Source: an uncultured Candidatus Saccharibacteria bacterium (GTDB lineage: Bacteria; Patescibacteriota; Minisyncoccia; Phycocordibacterales; Zambryskibacteraceae). From it: DNA of 64,000 nt. The stretch's first letter is position 1. Each line of letters starts with the position of its first letter. The notes below the pieces were generated by a model. That model did no database searches. It was not told the origin of the DNA and was given only the letters and a program-made list of their open reading frames with translations. Location of the stretch: the NCBI GenBank assembly GCA_964357635.1, contig CAYHLZ010000001.1, positions 133,166 to 197,165 of the forward strand. Direction: 5' to 3'. A program made the position numbers and the translations under genes. Shown one piece after another: positions 45,261 through 54,555 of this stretch.

Positions 45261-45713
45261 TTAGTCTAAAGAAAAACGCACGAAGCGTCCCACCTCGGTT
45301 CTCTCACCAAATTTCTGAACGGTGTTGCTTATAAGGTCACTTACTTTTAGTGACGGGTCCTTGATAAATGGTTGTTCTAGAAGTTCTTTGGTATCAGAAG
45401 GCTTCATGGCAGCAATGTGCATACCAATATCACGAGCCACTGATTTAAATTCAGGATTTTTAGAAACGAAATCCGTTTCGCACAGAAGCTCAAGCATTAC
45501 TCCCACCTTTTCTCCGGTGTGAATATAAGAAGCGACAACGCCTGCGCCTAGGGTGCGGTCACCTTTTTTGCGAGCGATTTCATTGCCTTTCTTTTTAAGT
45601 AGTTCTATTGCCTTACTTTTGTCTCCCTTAGCCTCTTCAAGCGCCTTTTGGCACTGCATTACAGAAAGACCAGTTTCCTCGCGTAGGGCTTTTATTTCCT
45701 TTGTGGTTATCAT
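45261..45713 (-). CDS. tsf: Elongation factor Ts, short form (150 aa)
   Basis: 'ITTKEIKALREETGLSVMQCQKALEEAKGDKSKAIELLKKKG' UBA-like N-terminus plus a single dimerisation core. Confidence 0.85.
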   Translation of the reverse strand: MITTKEIKALREETGLSVMQCQKALEEAKGDKSKAIELLKKKGNEIARKKGDRTLGAGVVASYIHTGEKVGVMLELLCETDFVSKNPEFKSVARDIGMHIAAMKPSDTKELLEQPFIKDPSLKVSDLISNTVQKFGERTEVGRFVRFSLD

Positions 45714-45715
45714 TT

Positions 45716-46456
45716 TTATTCAGATTTAGCTGCCTCAAGGTTCGCCTGATCCCTTCCTCTTTTATATGCGGATACAATTTCTTGAATTATGAAACCAATG
45801 CTCTGTCTTGAGGAATCATTGCCAGGGATGACATAATCAAGTTCGTATAAATTGGAATCGGAGCTAGCCAGTGCTACTACAGGAATTCTCATCTTACGAG
45901 CTTCTGCAACAGCGATGTATTCTTTCTTCGGATCCATGACTACTAAAACTTTTGGTAAAGATTTTAGAGTGCTTAGACCTCCAAAATAAAGAGAAAGTTT
46001 CTCTATATCACGATCAAAGAGCAGGCGTTCCTTTTTGGTATATTTGCCAAGTTCCCCCTTCTCTCTTTGAGTTGTGAGTTCTTCTAGTCTCGCTATACGC
46101 TTTTTAATCTCGCCAAAATTAGAGAGAGTACCACCAATCCAGCGTCCTGCGACAAACGGCATTTCAAGCTCGCGACCTGCCTTCCTGACCGCTTCTCTTG
46201 CCTCACTTTTGCCTCCAACCCAAAGGACAAGCACCTTTTCCCTACCCTTGCCTTCTACGAAGGCGAGAGCCTTCTCAAGTTCCTTGCTGGTCTTGGTGAG
46301 GTCAAATATTTCTATGTTGTTTTTGGAGCCAAGAATAAATGGTTTTGCTGAAGGGTGTCGGCGGGATTTGACGAAGCCGAAATGAGCCCCAACAGAAAAG
46401 AGCGCGTCCACTACGCTACCTTTATTACTATTTTTAGTTTCCTTTGTTTTTTCCAT
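45716..46456 (-). CDS. rpsB: 30S ribosomal protein S2
   Basis: 'LFSVGAHFGFVKSRRHPSAKPFILGSKNNIEIFDLTKT'. Confidence 0.9.
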   Translation of the reverse strand: MEKTKETKNSNKGSVVDALFSVGAHFGFVKSRRHPSAKPFILGSKNNIEIFDLTKTSKELEKALAFVEGKGREKVLVLWVGGKSEAREAVRKAGRELEMPFVAGRWIGGTLSNFGEIKKRIARLEELTTQREKGELGKYTKKERLLFDRDIEKLSLYFGGLSTLKSLPKVLVVMDPKKEYIAVAEARKMRIPVVALASSDSNLYELDYVIPGNDSSRQSIGFIIQEIVSAYKRGRDQANLEAAKSE

Positions 46457-46488
46457 ACAGGTTAGAGATTTTAGCAGAAAATAAGAAC

Positions 46489-47385
46489 TTAGACAATAGG
46501 CTCACCATACCCTTTTAATGAATCTAATATTGGCTCTATTTCTCCACCCAAAATTTTTTCAATATTGTGCCAAGATTTTTTAATCCGATGGTCAGTTACT
46601 CGGTCTTGAAGAATGTTGTAGGTTCTGATTTTTTCCGAACGATCAGCTGTTCCAATCTGAGTCTTTCGGTTGAGAGAGTGCTTGGCGGCCTCTTCTTCTT
46701 CTTTCATCATTTCAAGCTTTGCCGAAAGGATGCGCATAGCATTCTCACGGTTTTTGAGCTGACTTCGCTCGGCGGTGGAACGAACGTCAATACCAGTAGG
46801 TTTATGAATTATTCTTACTGCAGTTTCAACCTTATTGACATTTTGTCCTCCTGCTCCGCCTGAACGAGAAAACTCTATCTCAAGGTCGGTCGGCTTAATT
46901 TCCATCTTAACTTTTTTCCTTATTGGCAAGATGGCAACCGAGGCGGTGGAAGTGTGTACTCTACCCATCTTCTCTGTTTCTGGCACTCTCTGGATACGGT
47001 GAACTCCTGTCTCAAAACGCAATTTCTCAAATACTCCTTCACCCCTGATTTCTATTGCTGCTTCTTTGTATCCACCCAAGGAACTTTCTGAGGTATATAA
47101 AATTCTTGAACCCCAATTTCTTAAACCAGCGTACATGATGTACATGTCAGAAAGCTCTTTAGCAAAGAGGGATGCCTCTTCCCCACCGGCACCGGCGCGA
47201 ACTTCTAAGATAATTTCATTTGGAAAAGCATCATTTTCAGGCACTTTTTCGACAGAGAGTATTTTCTCCATTTCCTCAAGCATCATTTCTCTTGATTCTT
47301 TATCTTCTGGCGGTAGTCGCAAAAAAGCTTGCGCTAAATACGCTGTTTTAGGGTTATTTTTGTATTTTTCTATATCAAAACTCAC
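46489..47385 (-). CDS. prfA: Peptide chain release factor 1 (short, 298 aa)
   Basis: GGQ motif '[16 protein letters not shown]'. The codon-recognition tripeptide lies in '[14 protein letters not shown]' (PxT-type, not SPF), and '[13 protein letters not shown]' is RF1-like. No internal frameshift site. Confidence 0.8.
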   Translation of the reverse strand: MSFDIEKYKNNPKTAYLAQAFLRLPPEDKESREMMLEEMEKILSVEKVPENDAFPNEIILEVRAGAGGEEASLFAKELSDMYIMYAGLRNWGSRILYTSESSLGGYKEAAIEIRGEGVFEKLRFETGVHRIQRVPETEKMGRVHTSTASVAILPIRKKVKMEIKPTDLEIEFSRSGGAGGQNVNKVETAVRIIHKPTGIDVRSTAERSQLKNRENAMRILSAKLEMMKEEEEAAKHSLNRKTQIGTADRSEKIRTYNILQDRVTDHRIKKSWHNIEKILGGEIEPILDSLKGYGEPIV

Positions 47386-47663
47386 TTCTTCTTTGCTTTG
47401 GCTTGTCCCGCCGCGGCGGTGGCGCGCTTCTCTTTGAAGCGTTCAACTCTACCGGCAGTGTCAAGAATTTTCTCTTGACCAGTATAAAACGGATGCGTAG
47501 CAGACGATATTTCAACACTAAAGAGAGGGTAGTCTTTTTTATCCTTTTTAGACTTTTGAGTTTCCTTGGTTACAACCGTAGAAGGAATGATAAATTCAGT
47601 GCCGTTTGAGTTATCAACAAAAAGCACTGGTCTATAGTTCTTTGGGTGGATATCTTTTTTCAT
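47382..47663 (-). CDS. rpmE: 50S ribosomal protein L31
   Basis: '[15 protein letters not shown]...[20 protein letters not shown]'. Confidence 0.85.
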   Translation of the reverse strand: MKKDIHPKNYRPVLFVDNSNGTEFIIPSTVVTKETQKSKKDKKDYPLFSVEISSATHPFYTGQEKILDTAGRVERFKEKRATAAAGQAKAKKK

Positions 47664-47686
47664 AGAAAGCCTATTCTAGCGCCAAA

Positions 47687-49105
47687 TTAAAGGTTTTGCA
47701 AGAAATCTATATCTCGCTGAAGTGCTGCCGCTCTTTCCATAACTTTATTGCCATAACTTAAGCCAACATTGGCTCTGCCATTGGTGTAGCAAGTTTTACC
47801 GGAATAATATCTACAAGCAGCGGTGCGTTCGTTGGTGTAGTCTCCTGTTGAAGCCCCTAAGTCACCAAGGAAAATTGCCGAAGCCATAATGGCGTCAGCT
47901 GGATTCCACGGGTCAGGAGTGTTACTTCCGGTGGCAGAGGCAATCTTTGAAACCATTAGGTTCCAAGTTGAAGGGATAAACTGTGCTGGGCCCATCGCTC
48001 CTCCATACCCGAAAGTACTGGAAACTGGGCATGATACTCGTGTCTCATGCGGGTCACGCCCAAGATCTTTCAAGATATTTTCAAGGAGTGGTAAATCTCT
48101 CGTTGGATGTATACCATTTGAAAATATTTTTCCCGAATTAACACTCTTTGTCTCACCACTACTGAGGCTTAGTATCACACAAGAACCAACATTGGCGCCC
48201 AAATTTGATTCTTGCTGAAGTATTGCCAATATAAATGCCGGTCTTACGCCAGTTTTTTGACTAGCTGCTTCGGCATATTGAAGTGCAGTACCGAACGGGA
48301 TGGCAACAGAGTCTCTCAAAGGAAAAAGAACTGCTCTAATTTGTGCTGCCTTAGCCTGTTTGTCTGCCAAGACTTGGGCATAAGTTTTTTCCTTGGTTTG
48401 GTTAATGGCAAGAAGAGTTTTCTTCTCCGCTTGGTTGACCTCTACCTCCTTTTTAGCCACCTCTATGGCTGCTTTCGCTGCTGACTCGGCTTCCTTTTTT
48501 TTATTCAATTCTTTTTTCTCTGCTTCTGTTTGCGTTTTGATACCGCGTAGTTCATCAAAGAGATCGGCTAGAGCCTTTTCTGTGGAAGCATAAGTATCTA
48601 TATCCACAAAGAATTCTGACAAGTTTTTATCAGAAAGCATTGCCTCAACCAGTGAGTAAGAGTTAATCTCATTAGTTTTGCGCAAAATGTCGGCAATAGC
48701 TTGTTTGCCCTTATTTAGGCGAGTATCTAAAACAGAGATTTCTTTCTGTTTTACCGCAATATCTTTTGTCAGGTTGGAGATGGCAATATTTTTACTTTTT
48801 ATATTGGCTTGGGCAGCGTTAATCTTGGCCGTCAGGGCCGCGATGTCTCTAGAAAACGAAGCGCTGTCTTGTTTAGTCTTATTTAAAATCTCTGTCCATT
48901 CGGCAATTTCTTTGTTACAGGCCTCTAGTTCCCTCTCAAGCTGTGCCCTATCTTTACCACCAATTTGATCTGTACAGGCAGCTTGGGCGTGAGCATTATT
49001 ATTTTGCACAGCAAAAAAGCCCAAAATTAGCAAAAGAGCAAAAACTACTTTAAATGAATTATTGTTTAGGAGCCTCTTTTTTCGCTTCAGTGGGTTTGGC
49101 TTCAT
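47687..49105 (-). CDS. Secreted coiled-coil protein with a C-terminal MltB-like lytic transglycosylase domain. The start is chosen at MKPNPLKRKK and overlaps the rplY 3' end by ~46 nt.
   Basis: Signal peptide '...FKVVFALLLILGFFAVQNNNAHAQA'. About 230 aa of coiled coil. The C-terminal 'ILQQESN...GAMGPAQFIPSTW' matches the MltB 'GAMGQxQFMPST' motif. Confidence 0.75.
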   Translation of the reverse strand: MKPNPLKRKKRLLNNNSFKVVFALLLILGFFAVQNNNAHAQAACTDQIGGKDRAQLERELEACNKEIAEWTEILNKTKQDSASFSRDIAALTAKINAAQANIKSKNIAISNLTKDIAVKQKEISVLDTRLNKGKQAIADILRKTNEINSYSLVEAMLSDKNLSEFFVDIDTYASTEKALADLFDELRGIKTQTEAEKKELNKKKEAESAAKAAIEVAKKEVEVNQAEKKTLLAINQTKEKTYAQVLADKQAKAAQIRAVLFPLRDSVAIPFGTALQYAEAASQKTGVRPAFILAILQQESNLGANVGSCVILSLSSGETKSVNSGKIFSNGIHPTRDLPLLENILKDLGRDPHETRVSCPVSSTFGYGGAMGPAQFIPSTWNLMVSKIASATGSNTPDPWNPADAIMASAIFLGDLGASTGDYTNERTAACRYYSGKTCYTNGRANVGLSYGNKVMERAAALQRDIDFLQNL

Positions 49106-49736
49106 TGGTTTCTTCTTCAGTTTCTTCTTTACCCTTCTTCTCAACCTCTATCTGTGATAGATCGACGTCTACAACCTCTTCTTCTTTCTCCTCACGTGGT
49201 GCTGCTACAAGGGCAACGACTTCTTCAGGATTTTCTTTCAGAGTAACACCATCCCCAAGTTTAATATCTTTGGCCAAAATTTGGTCCTCAAAAGTGGCAA
49301 GCGCACCAATGTCTATATTGATACCGTGAGGCAAATCCTTGGGCATTGCTTCTATTTTTACTTTATAGAGAACTTTGACCAATACCCCACCAAGATCTTT
49401 AATAGCTGGAGAAACTCCAGTGAATTCTATTGGCAACTCCACTTCTACCTTGTGACCCTTCTCAAAGACGTAAAAATCTGCGTGTCTCGGTGCGCCTGTA
49501 ACTGGGTCTAGGTCTACGTCTTGAATTAGGCTTTCTTTAATACCTTTTGGTGTTTCTAGGCTAACCACGCTGTATTCTCCGGCTTTCTTCCAGATTTTTA
49601 GAAACTCAACTTTAGGAATGGCTATCGCTGTAGATGCTTCTTTTTTACCATAAAAGACTGCGGGAACCTTTCCCGCAAGTCTTACCACCTCTGGTTTTGT
49701 ATGAATATCCCGTATTTCTGCCTTTAAAGTTAGCAT
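49059..49736 (-). CDS. rplY: 50S ribosomal protein L25 / general stress protein Ctc, with an acidic C-terminal tail
   Basis: 'LKAEIRDIHTKPEVVRLAGKVPAVFYGKKEASTAIAI' N-domain and a beta-barrel C-domain. Confidence 0.85.
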   Translation of the reverse strand: MLTLKAEIRDIHTKPEVVRLAGKVPAVFYGKKEASTAIAIPKVEFLKIWKKAGEYSVVSLETPKGIKESLIQDVDLDPVTGAPRHADFYVFEKGHKVEVELPIEFTGVSPAIKDLGGVLVKVLYKVKIEAMPKDLPHGINIDIGALATFEDQILAKDIKLGDGVTLKENPEEVVALVAAPREEKEEEVVDVDLSQIEVEKKGKEETEEETNEAKPTEAKKEAPKQ

Positions 49737-49783
49737 CCGCCCATTCTACTTTATTAGGACACGATATTCAAGACGTCTTTGCC

Positions 49784-50632
49784 TTACAATTTATTGAATA
49801 GTTTTAGTTTGTTTTCTATAACCGCCTCCATCTTTTTGACTCCCTCTGCCATAAATTTATAAGGAGCCACCTCTTCCGATTTGATTCCGATTTCTACTCC
49901 ACTTTTGTATGCCACTCGTATTTCTGTATTAATGTGAACAATCCTTATCCCCGCTTCTATTGCCTCACGAATGTCTTCGTCGCTATTACCTGATGCCCCA
50001 TGCAAAACCAAGGGAACACTGACAGCACTAGCTATTTCTCTAATGCGACCAATATTGAGTCGCGGTTCTCCCCCACGGACCATTCCATGAATATTGCCAA
50101 CCGATGGCGCGAATAAATCTATATCGGTTAACTCAACAAATTTCTTGGCATCTTCGGGTTTTGTCTGCGTTTCTTCCGAGACGCCTTCCGGCACACCCTC
50201 CAATATTTTCGACGATTGGCCAATGAATCCCAGTTCTGCCTCAACCAAAACCTTGTCACCCGTGCTTTTAGCATATTCAACACACTCTCTAGTCAAGCGA
50301 ACATTTTCTTCAAAAGACTTGTCGGCACGGTCTATGATAACCGAATCAAACCCAGCATCTATAGCTTTTTTAGCTTTCTCTACAGAATAAGTATGATCCG
50401 CGTTCAAAAAAACCATCAAGCCCTTTTCTCTCTCTACTCTTACTAGAGCAGCAACTTCTTCCAAACCGATAAAATCTCTTTCTCCTTCAGAAACCCCGAC
50501 AATTACCGGAACACCAAGCTTCTTTGCCACCCCGACGACAGCAGTAAATCCTTCCGAGTCGGAGACATTGAAGTGTCCAATAGCAACTCGCTTTTCTTTT
50601 GCCCACCCTAGAGCCTCTCGTAAATTTTTCAT
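49784..50632 (-). CDS. fba: Class II fructose-bisphosphate aldolase
   Basis: 'VAIGHFNVSDSEGFTAVVGVAKKLGVPVIVGVSEGERDF' with Zn-binding His/Glu motifs. The start is taken at MKNLREALGW. Confidence 0.85.
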   Translation of the reverse strand: MKNLREALGWAKEKRVAIGHFNVSDSEGFTAVVGVAKKLGVPVIVGVSEGERDFIGLEEVAALVRVEREKGLMVFLNADHTYSVEKAKKAIDAGFDSVIIDRADKSFEENVRLTRECVEYAKSTGDKVLVEAELGFIGQSSKILEGVPEGVSEETQTKPEDAKKFVELTDIDLFAPSVGNIHGMVRGGEPRLNIGRIREIASAVSVPLVLHGASGNSDEDIREAIEAGIRIVHINTEIRVAYKSGVEIGIKSEEVAPYKFMAEGVKKMEAVIENKLKLFNKL

Positions 50633-50663
50633 TGATTCAATTCTAACATGATATACTTTTTGT

Positions 50664-51647
50664 ATGCATGACTTCATCGCCATAGGAGATATGGTTACCG
50701 ATGCGTTTATCAAACTCAAGGATGCTAGTGTCCACTGTGACATTAACGAGGAGCACTGCACTATCACCATGGCTTTCGGTGAAAAGATTCCCTACGAATC
50801 AGTAGAGGTAGTTAGGGCGGTTGGTAACAGTGCCAATGCCGCTGTTTCTGCTTCAAGACTTGGGCTCTCTTCTGCCCTCGTCTCTAACATAGGAGATGAT
50901 GAAAACGGTAAGGATTGTCTCAAAAGTTTAAAGAAAGATAACGTTGGAACCGAATTTATCTCTATTCATAAAGGAAAAAAGACTAACTACCACTACGTTT
51001 TATGGTATGAGAGCGATAGAACTATTTTAATTAAACACGAAGAATATGATTATCACCTGCCAGAAATTAGTGAACCCAAATGGCTCTATTTGTCTTCTCT
51101 GGGAGATAAAACCTTGAACTTCCACCAAGAAATAATTGAGTGGGTTAAAAAACATCCAAATGTTTCTCTTGCATTCCAACCAGGAACTTTTCAGATAAAA
51201 CTGGGAGCAAGTGTTCTTAAGGATATTTATACTAGAGCAAACATATTCTTCTGTAATGTAGGTGAGGCAGAAAAAATTCTTGGACTTACAACACTGGGAG
51301 TAGAAGAGCTCTTGAAACGCATGCATGCTCTTGGTCCAAAGATTGTTGTTATTACCGATGGCCCCAAAGGCGCATACGCTTTTGATGGAGAAAAAATGTG
51401 GTTTCTCCCTGAATATCCGACACTGGATGCTCCTTTTGAGAGAACTGGGGCGGGTGATGCTTTTGCCTCCACCACTGTAGTTTCATTAGCTTTAGGAAAA
51501 GACCTTACAGAAGCACTTCGTTGGGGTGCAGTTAACGCCATGTCGGTAGTGAGCCAAGTGGGTGCACAAAAAGGCCTTTTAAAACTCGAAGATATTGAGA
51601 AATATCTTAAGGATGCTCCAGACTTTAAGGCAAAGTTACTTAAATAA
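50664..51647 (+). CDS. PfkB-family carbohydrate kinase (ribokinase/fructokinase/phosphofructokinase-B-like)
   Basis: N-terminal GG motif and the C-terminal 'GAGDAFAS' anion-hole motif. Divergently adjacent to fba. Confidence 0.8.
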   Translation: MHDFIAIGDMVTDAFIKLKDASVHCDINEEHCTITMAFGEKIPYESVEVVRAVGNSANAAVSASRLGLSSALVSNIGDDENGKDCLKSLKKDNVGTEFISIHKGKKTNYHYVLWYESDRTILIKHEEYDYHLPEISEPKWLYLSSLGDKTLNFHQEIIEWVKKHPNVSLAFQPGTFQIKLGASVLKDIYTRANIFFCNVGEAEKILGLTTLGVEELLKRMHALGPKIVVITDGPKGAYAFDGEKMWFLPEYPTLDAPFERTGAGDAFASTTVVSLALGKDLTEALRWGAVNAMSVVSQVGAQKGLLKLEDIEKYLKDAPDFKAKLLK

Positions 51648-51649
51648 AT

Positions 51650-52636
51650 TTATCGTTTCAGGATTTTATTTACTGCTTTCAAAATATCCTTAGTACCCAT
51701 ATTGTAGTGTTCTATGAGCTCATCTGGTGTGCCTGACTGACCAAACTGGTCATCTACCCCAATAAATTCTATAGGTACTGGAAAATTTTTCGCCAAGCAT
51801 TCGGAGACAGCACTACCCATTCCCCCTCTAATTTGGTGCTCTTCAACAGTCACAATTCTTTCTGTTGTTTTTGCAAGTGAAATTAAGGCTTTTTCATCTA
51901 AAGGTTTTATTGTCGCCAAATTCATCACCAAACTTTCTATACCAGACTTCTCAAGTTCTTTAGCAGCCTCTAATGCCTTATATAAGAGAGCCCCTGTCGC
52001 AACAATACCAACTTTAGGATTCTCACTCTGCCAGAAAATTTGTGCTTCACCTATTTTAAAAGGTGTTTTCTCCGTCGTCATAATAGGAGTTTTTTCTCTA
52101 GCCAAGCGTAGGTAAACTGGTGTACCAGTTTCTACACTTGCTAAAGTTGCCTTCTTTGCCTCTATAGCATCACAGGGGGAAATAACTACCATACGCGGGA
52201 TGACACGGGTAATGGCAATGTCTTCTATGGCTTGATGTGTGCCTCCGTCTGGTCCGACAGAGACGCCTGCGTGTGAACCAACAATTTTTACAGGTCTGTT
52301 GTTGTAGCAAATCGTAGTACGAATTTGTTCCCAATTTCTCCCAGGAGAAAACATGGCGTAAGAACTTATAAAAGGGATTTTACCCATGGCTGCTAAACCA
52401 CTTGCGACACTAGCCAGATTTTGCTCCGCCACACCTATTTGGATAAATCTGTTAGGAAACTTATCTGCAAAAAGATTCATTTTGGTGGATTCTGTTAAAT
52501 CGGCACAGAGCCCAACTACATTCAAGTTCTTCTCCCCTGCTTCCAGAAGCCCTTCGCCGAAACCTTGGCGAATCGGTAATTGCTCGACATTTTTGTCAAA
52601 CAATTTTGTATTCAGTTTTAATTCTGGGTTTAACAT
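51650..52636 (-). CDS. tktB: Transketolase, C-terminal subunit (pyrimidine-binding plus C-terminal domains)
   Basis: 'FIQIGVAEQNLASVASGLAAMGKIPFISSYAMF' is the Pyr domain of a split transketolase. Confidence 0.88.
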   Translation of the reverse strand: MLNPELKLNTKLFDKNVEQLPIRQGFGEGLLEAGEKNLNVVGLCADLTESTKMNLFADKFPNRFIQIGVAEQNLASVASGLAAMGKIPFISSYAMFSPGRNWEQIRTTICYNNRPVKIVGSHAGVSVGPDGGTHQAIEDIAITRVIPRMVVISPCDAIEAKKATLASVETGTPVYLRLAREKTPIMTTEKTPFKIGEAQIFWQSENPKVGIVATGALLYKALEAAKELEKSGIESLVMNLATIKPLDEKALISLAKTTERIVTVEEHQIRGGMGSAVSECLAKNFPVPIEFIGVDDQFGQSGTPDELIEHYNMGTKDILKAVNKILKR

Positions 52637-52658
52637 TATTTATAGTGAGTTAGTCGAA

Positions 52659-53552
52659 CTATTGATGTTCGCTTCTTATTTTCCCGCCGAGAGTGCGTAG
52701 TTCTCCCAGCGCCACCTCTCCCTGTTTATCAGCGGGTACCTTGTCAGTCGGACCCTTACCTGGTGGATTACCGTGCCAGCGATAGTCGCGCTCAAATTCT
52801 GGCACACCCTTGCCAGCAATGGTGTGGGCGATAATGACCGTAGGTTTACCAAACACTGCTCTCGCCTTTTCAAAAGCATCTGCAATTTCTTCAATATTGT
52901 GACCATCAATTTCAATAACATGCCAATTCCATGCAAGCCACTTGTTTGAAAGTGATTCAAGAGGCATCACGGTTTCTGTGTAGCCATCAATCTGAATATT
53001 GTTTCTATCTATGACAGCAGTTAGATTCTGAAGTTTTTCTTTACCTGCAAGCATCGCTGCTTCCCAAGTCTGCCCAGATTCCAGTTCGCCATCAGAAAGG
53101 AGGGCATAAATGCGCCTATCGCTTGTCAGACCATGGTCAATCTTGTCAGAGAGTGCCATACCAACCGCCTGAGAAAGTCCAGAAGCCAGTGGCCCAGAAC
53201 TTGTCTCTAAGCTAGGCAAGAAGTCTCTGTGCGGATGTCCTTGGAGGCGTGAGCCAAATTTACGAAGAGTTTTGAGTTCTGCTATGGGGAAATAACCCGC
53301 ATGAGCCATTGTTGAATAAAGCACAGGGCAGATATGCCCGTTTGAGAGGACAACCCTGTCTCGTTCTGGCCAGTCAGGTTTTTTGGGATTATGTTTAAGG
53401 GTGTGGAAGAATAGAACCGTAAAGATGTCGGCCATATCAAGCGGTCCTGCGGTGTGTCCAGAGCCAGCAACAATGAGCGCCTCAATAAGTGAGATTCTTA
53501 TATTGTTTGCTTTTTCCTTGAGCTCAACTAATTTTTCGTCAGTGATTTCCAT
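52659..53552 (-). CDS. tktA: Transketolase, N-terminal subunit (TPP-binding)
   Basis: 'GSGHTAGPLDMADIFTVLFF' and the 'GDGELESGQTWEA' TPP-binding motif. Confidence 0.88.
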   Translation of the reverse strand: MEITDEKLVELKEKANNIRISLIEALIVAGSGHTAGPLDMADIFTVLFFHTLKHNPKKPDWPERDRVVLSNGHICPVLYSTMAHAGYFPIAELKTLRKFGSRLQGHPHRDFLPSLETSSGPLASGLSQAVGMALSDKIDHGLTSDRRIYALLSDGELESGQTWEAAMLAGKEKLQNLTAVIDRNNIQIDGYTETVMPLESLSNKWLAWNWHVIEIDGHNIEEIADAFEKARAVFGKPTVIIAHTIAGKGVPEFERDYRWHGNPPGKGPTDKVPADKQGEVALGELRTLGGKIRSEHQ

Positions 53553-54085
53553 AAATCTTTGAAACCTGATCCAACAACAAACCTGTCTACCCCCACCTGT
53601 TTTAATTTCTCAAAATTGGTCACATTGACTCCCCCATCAACACTTATGACAAGTGTCGGAAACTTTTCTCGAACTATCTTAATTCTATCAAAAATTCTTT
53701 CATCTAAGGGATTTCCTTGTTTGCCAATAGTAGCGATACTCATAAGGTGTAAAAAATCTATTTTTGAAACGAACGGAAAAACTTTTTCTAAAGGCACGTG
53801 TAGTTCCACCGCCAAACCTATCTCAACCCTGCCTCTAAAAGAGTTAATCTTGTCATTGAGCTCATGAACAATTATTTTTGTGGCACCTCTCTTTATCCAA
53901 GTTTCTACAATTTCTTCTGGATGAGAAACCATTAAATGTGCTTCAAAGTTGAGATTTGTTTCTGTCCAAATATCTTTTTTGAGAACATCTATGTGTACCA
54001 ACTTAAATTCAGATGGTATCTCTTTCAACTTCAAACTAAGGTCGCTTTCGTTTTCGGCTAAGATTGCCGGTATTACTTCAATCAT
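53528..54085 (-). CDS. rpe: Ribulose-phosphate 3-epimerase
   Basis: 'IPAILAEN', 'HIDVLKKD', 'HLMVSHPE' and 'VISVDGGVNVTNFEKLKQVGVDRFVVGSGF'. The start is taken at MIEVIPAIL. Confidence 0.82.
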   Translation of the reverse strand: MIEVIPAILAENESDLSLKLKEIPSEFKLVHIDVLKKDIWTETNLNFEAHLMVSHPEEIVETWIKRGATKIIVHELNDKINSFRGRVEIGLAVELHVPLEKVFPFVSKIDFLHLMSIATIGKQGNPLDERIFDRIKIVREKFPTLVISVDGGVNVTNFEKLKQVGVDRFVVGSGFKDLWKSLTKN

Positions 54086-54554
54086 GAATACGAGCCATTT
54101 TAGAAAGACGTCTCCTGTGTCGTTCGTTACCAACAAAATCTGTATTCAACCATTCAAAAACAGCTTTCTTCATTTCTTCTTCTGTTATAAAACGCGCGCC
54201 GAGCGATAAGATATTTGCATCATTGTGCTCTCTTGAAAGTTTTATGATGGACTCATCTTCTTCTTCAACTACACAATGTCCTTGTCCGTAATAAACGGCA
54301 GCACGAACATCGCTAAATTTGTTGGCGGCCATAGCCTCTCCTTGACCAGAACCACCAAAGATAATGCCTTTCAATTCATTTGGTCTTTGTGATATATCTC
54401 GTGCCAAGGGAATGATGAAGTCCGGATAATCGTCTTCCTCATTGTATTCAAAGGCACCCTTATCTTCAACCTCATAGCCAAGTTCTTGAAGGTAAGTGAT
54501 TAACTTTTCCTTTAATCCAAACCCAGCATGATCACTACCAACAAGTATTTTCAT
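54078..54554 (-). CDS. rpiB: Ribose-5-phosphate isomerase B
   Basis: 'MKILVGSDHAGFGLKEKL...GIIFGGSGQGEAMAANK'. Confidence 0.88.
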   Translation of the reverse strand: MKILVGSDHAGFGLKEKLITYLQELGYEVEDKGAFEYNEEDDYPDFIIPLARDISQRPNELKGIIFGGSGQGEAMAANKFSDVRAAVYYGQGHCVVEEEDESIIKLSREHNDANILSLGARFITEEEMKKAVFEWLNTDFVGNERHRRRLSKMARIHD

Positions 54555-54555
54555 A

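Noticed and set aside
46489-47385. Programmed +1 frameshift site expected if this release factor were RF2 (prfB)
   Set aside because: It is a single uninterrupted ORF. The decoding tripeptide region is PxT-like (PET) and the GGQ-proximal sequence matches RF1, so it is called prfA, and no frameshift is expected.
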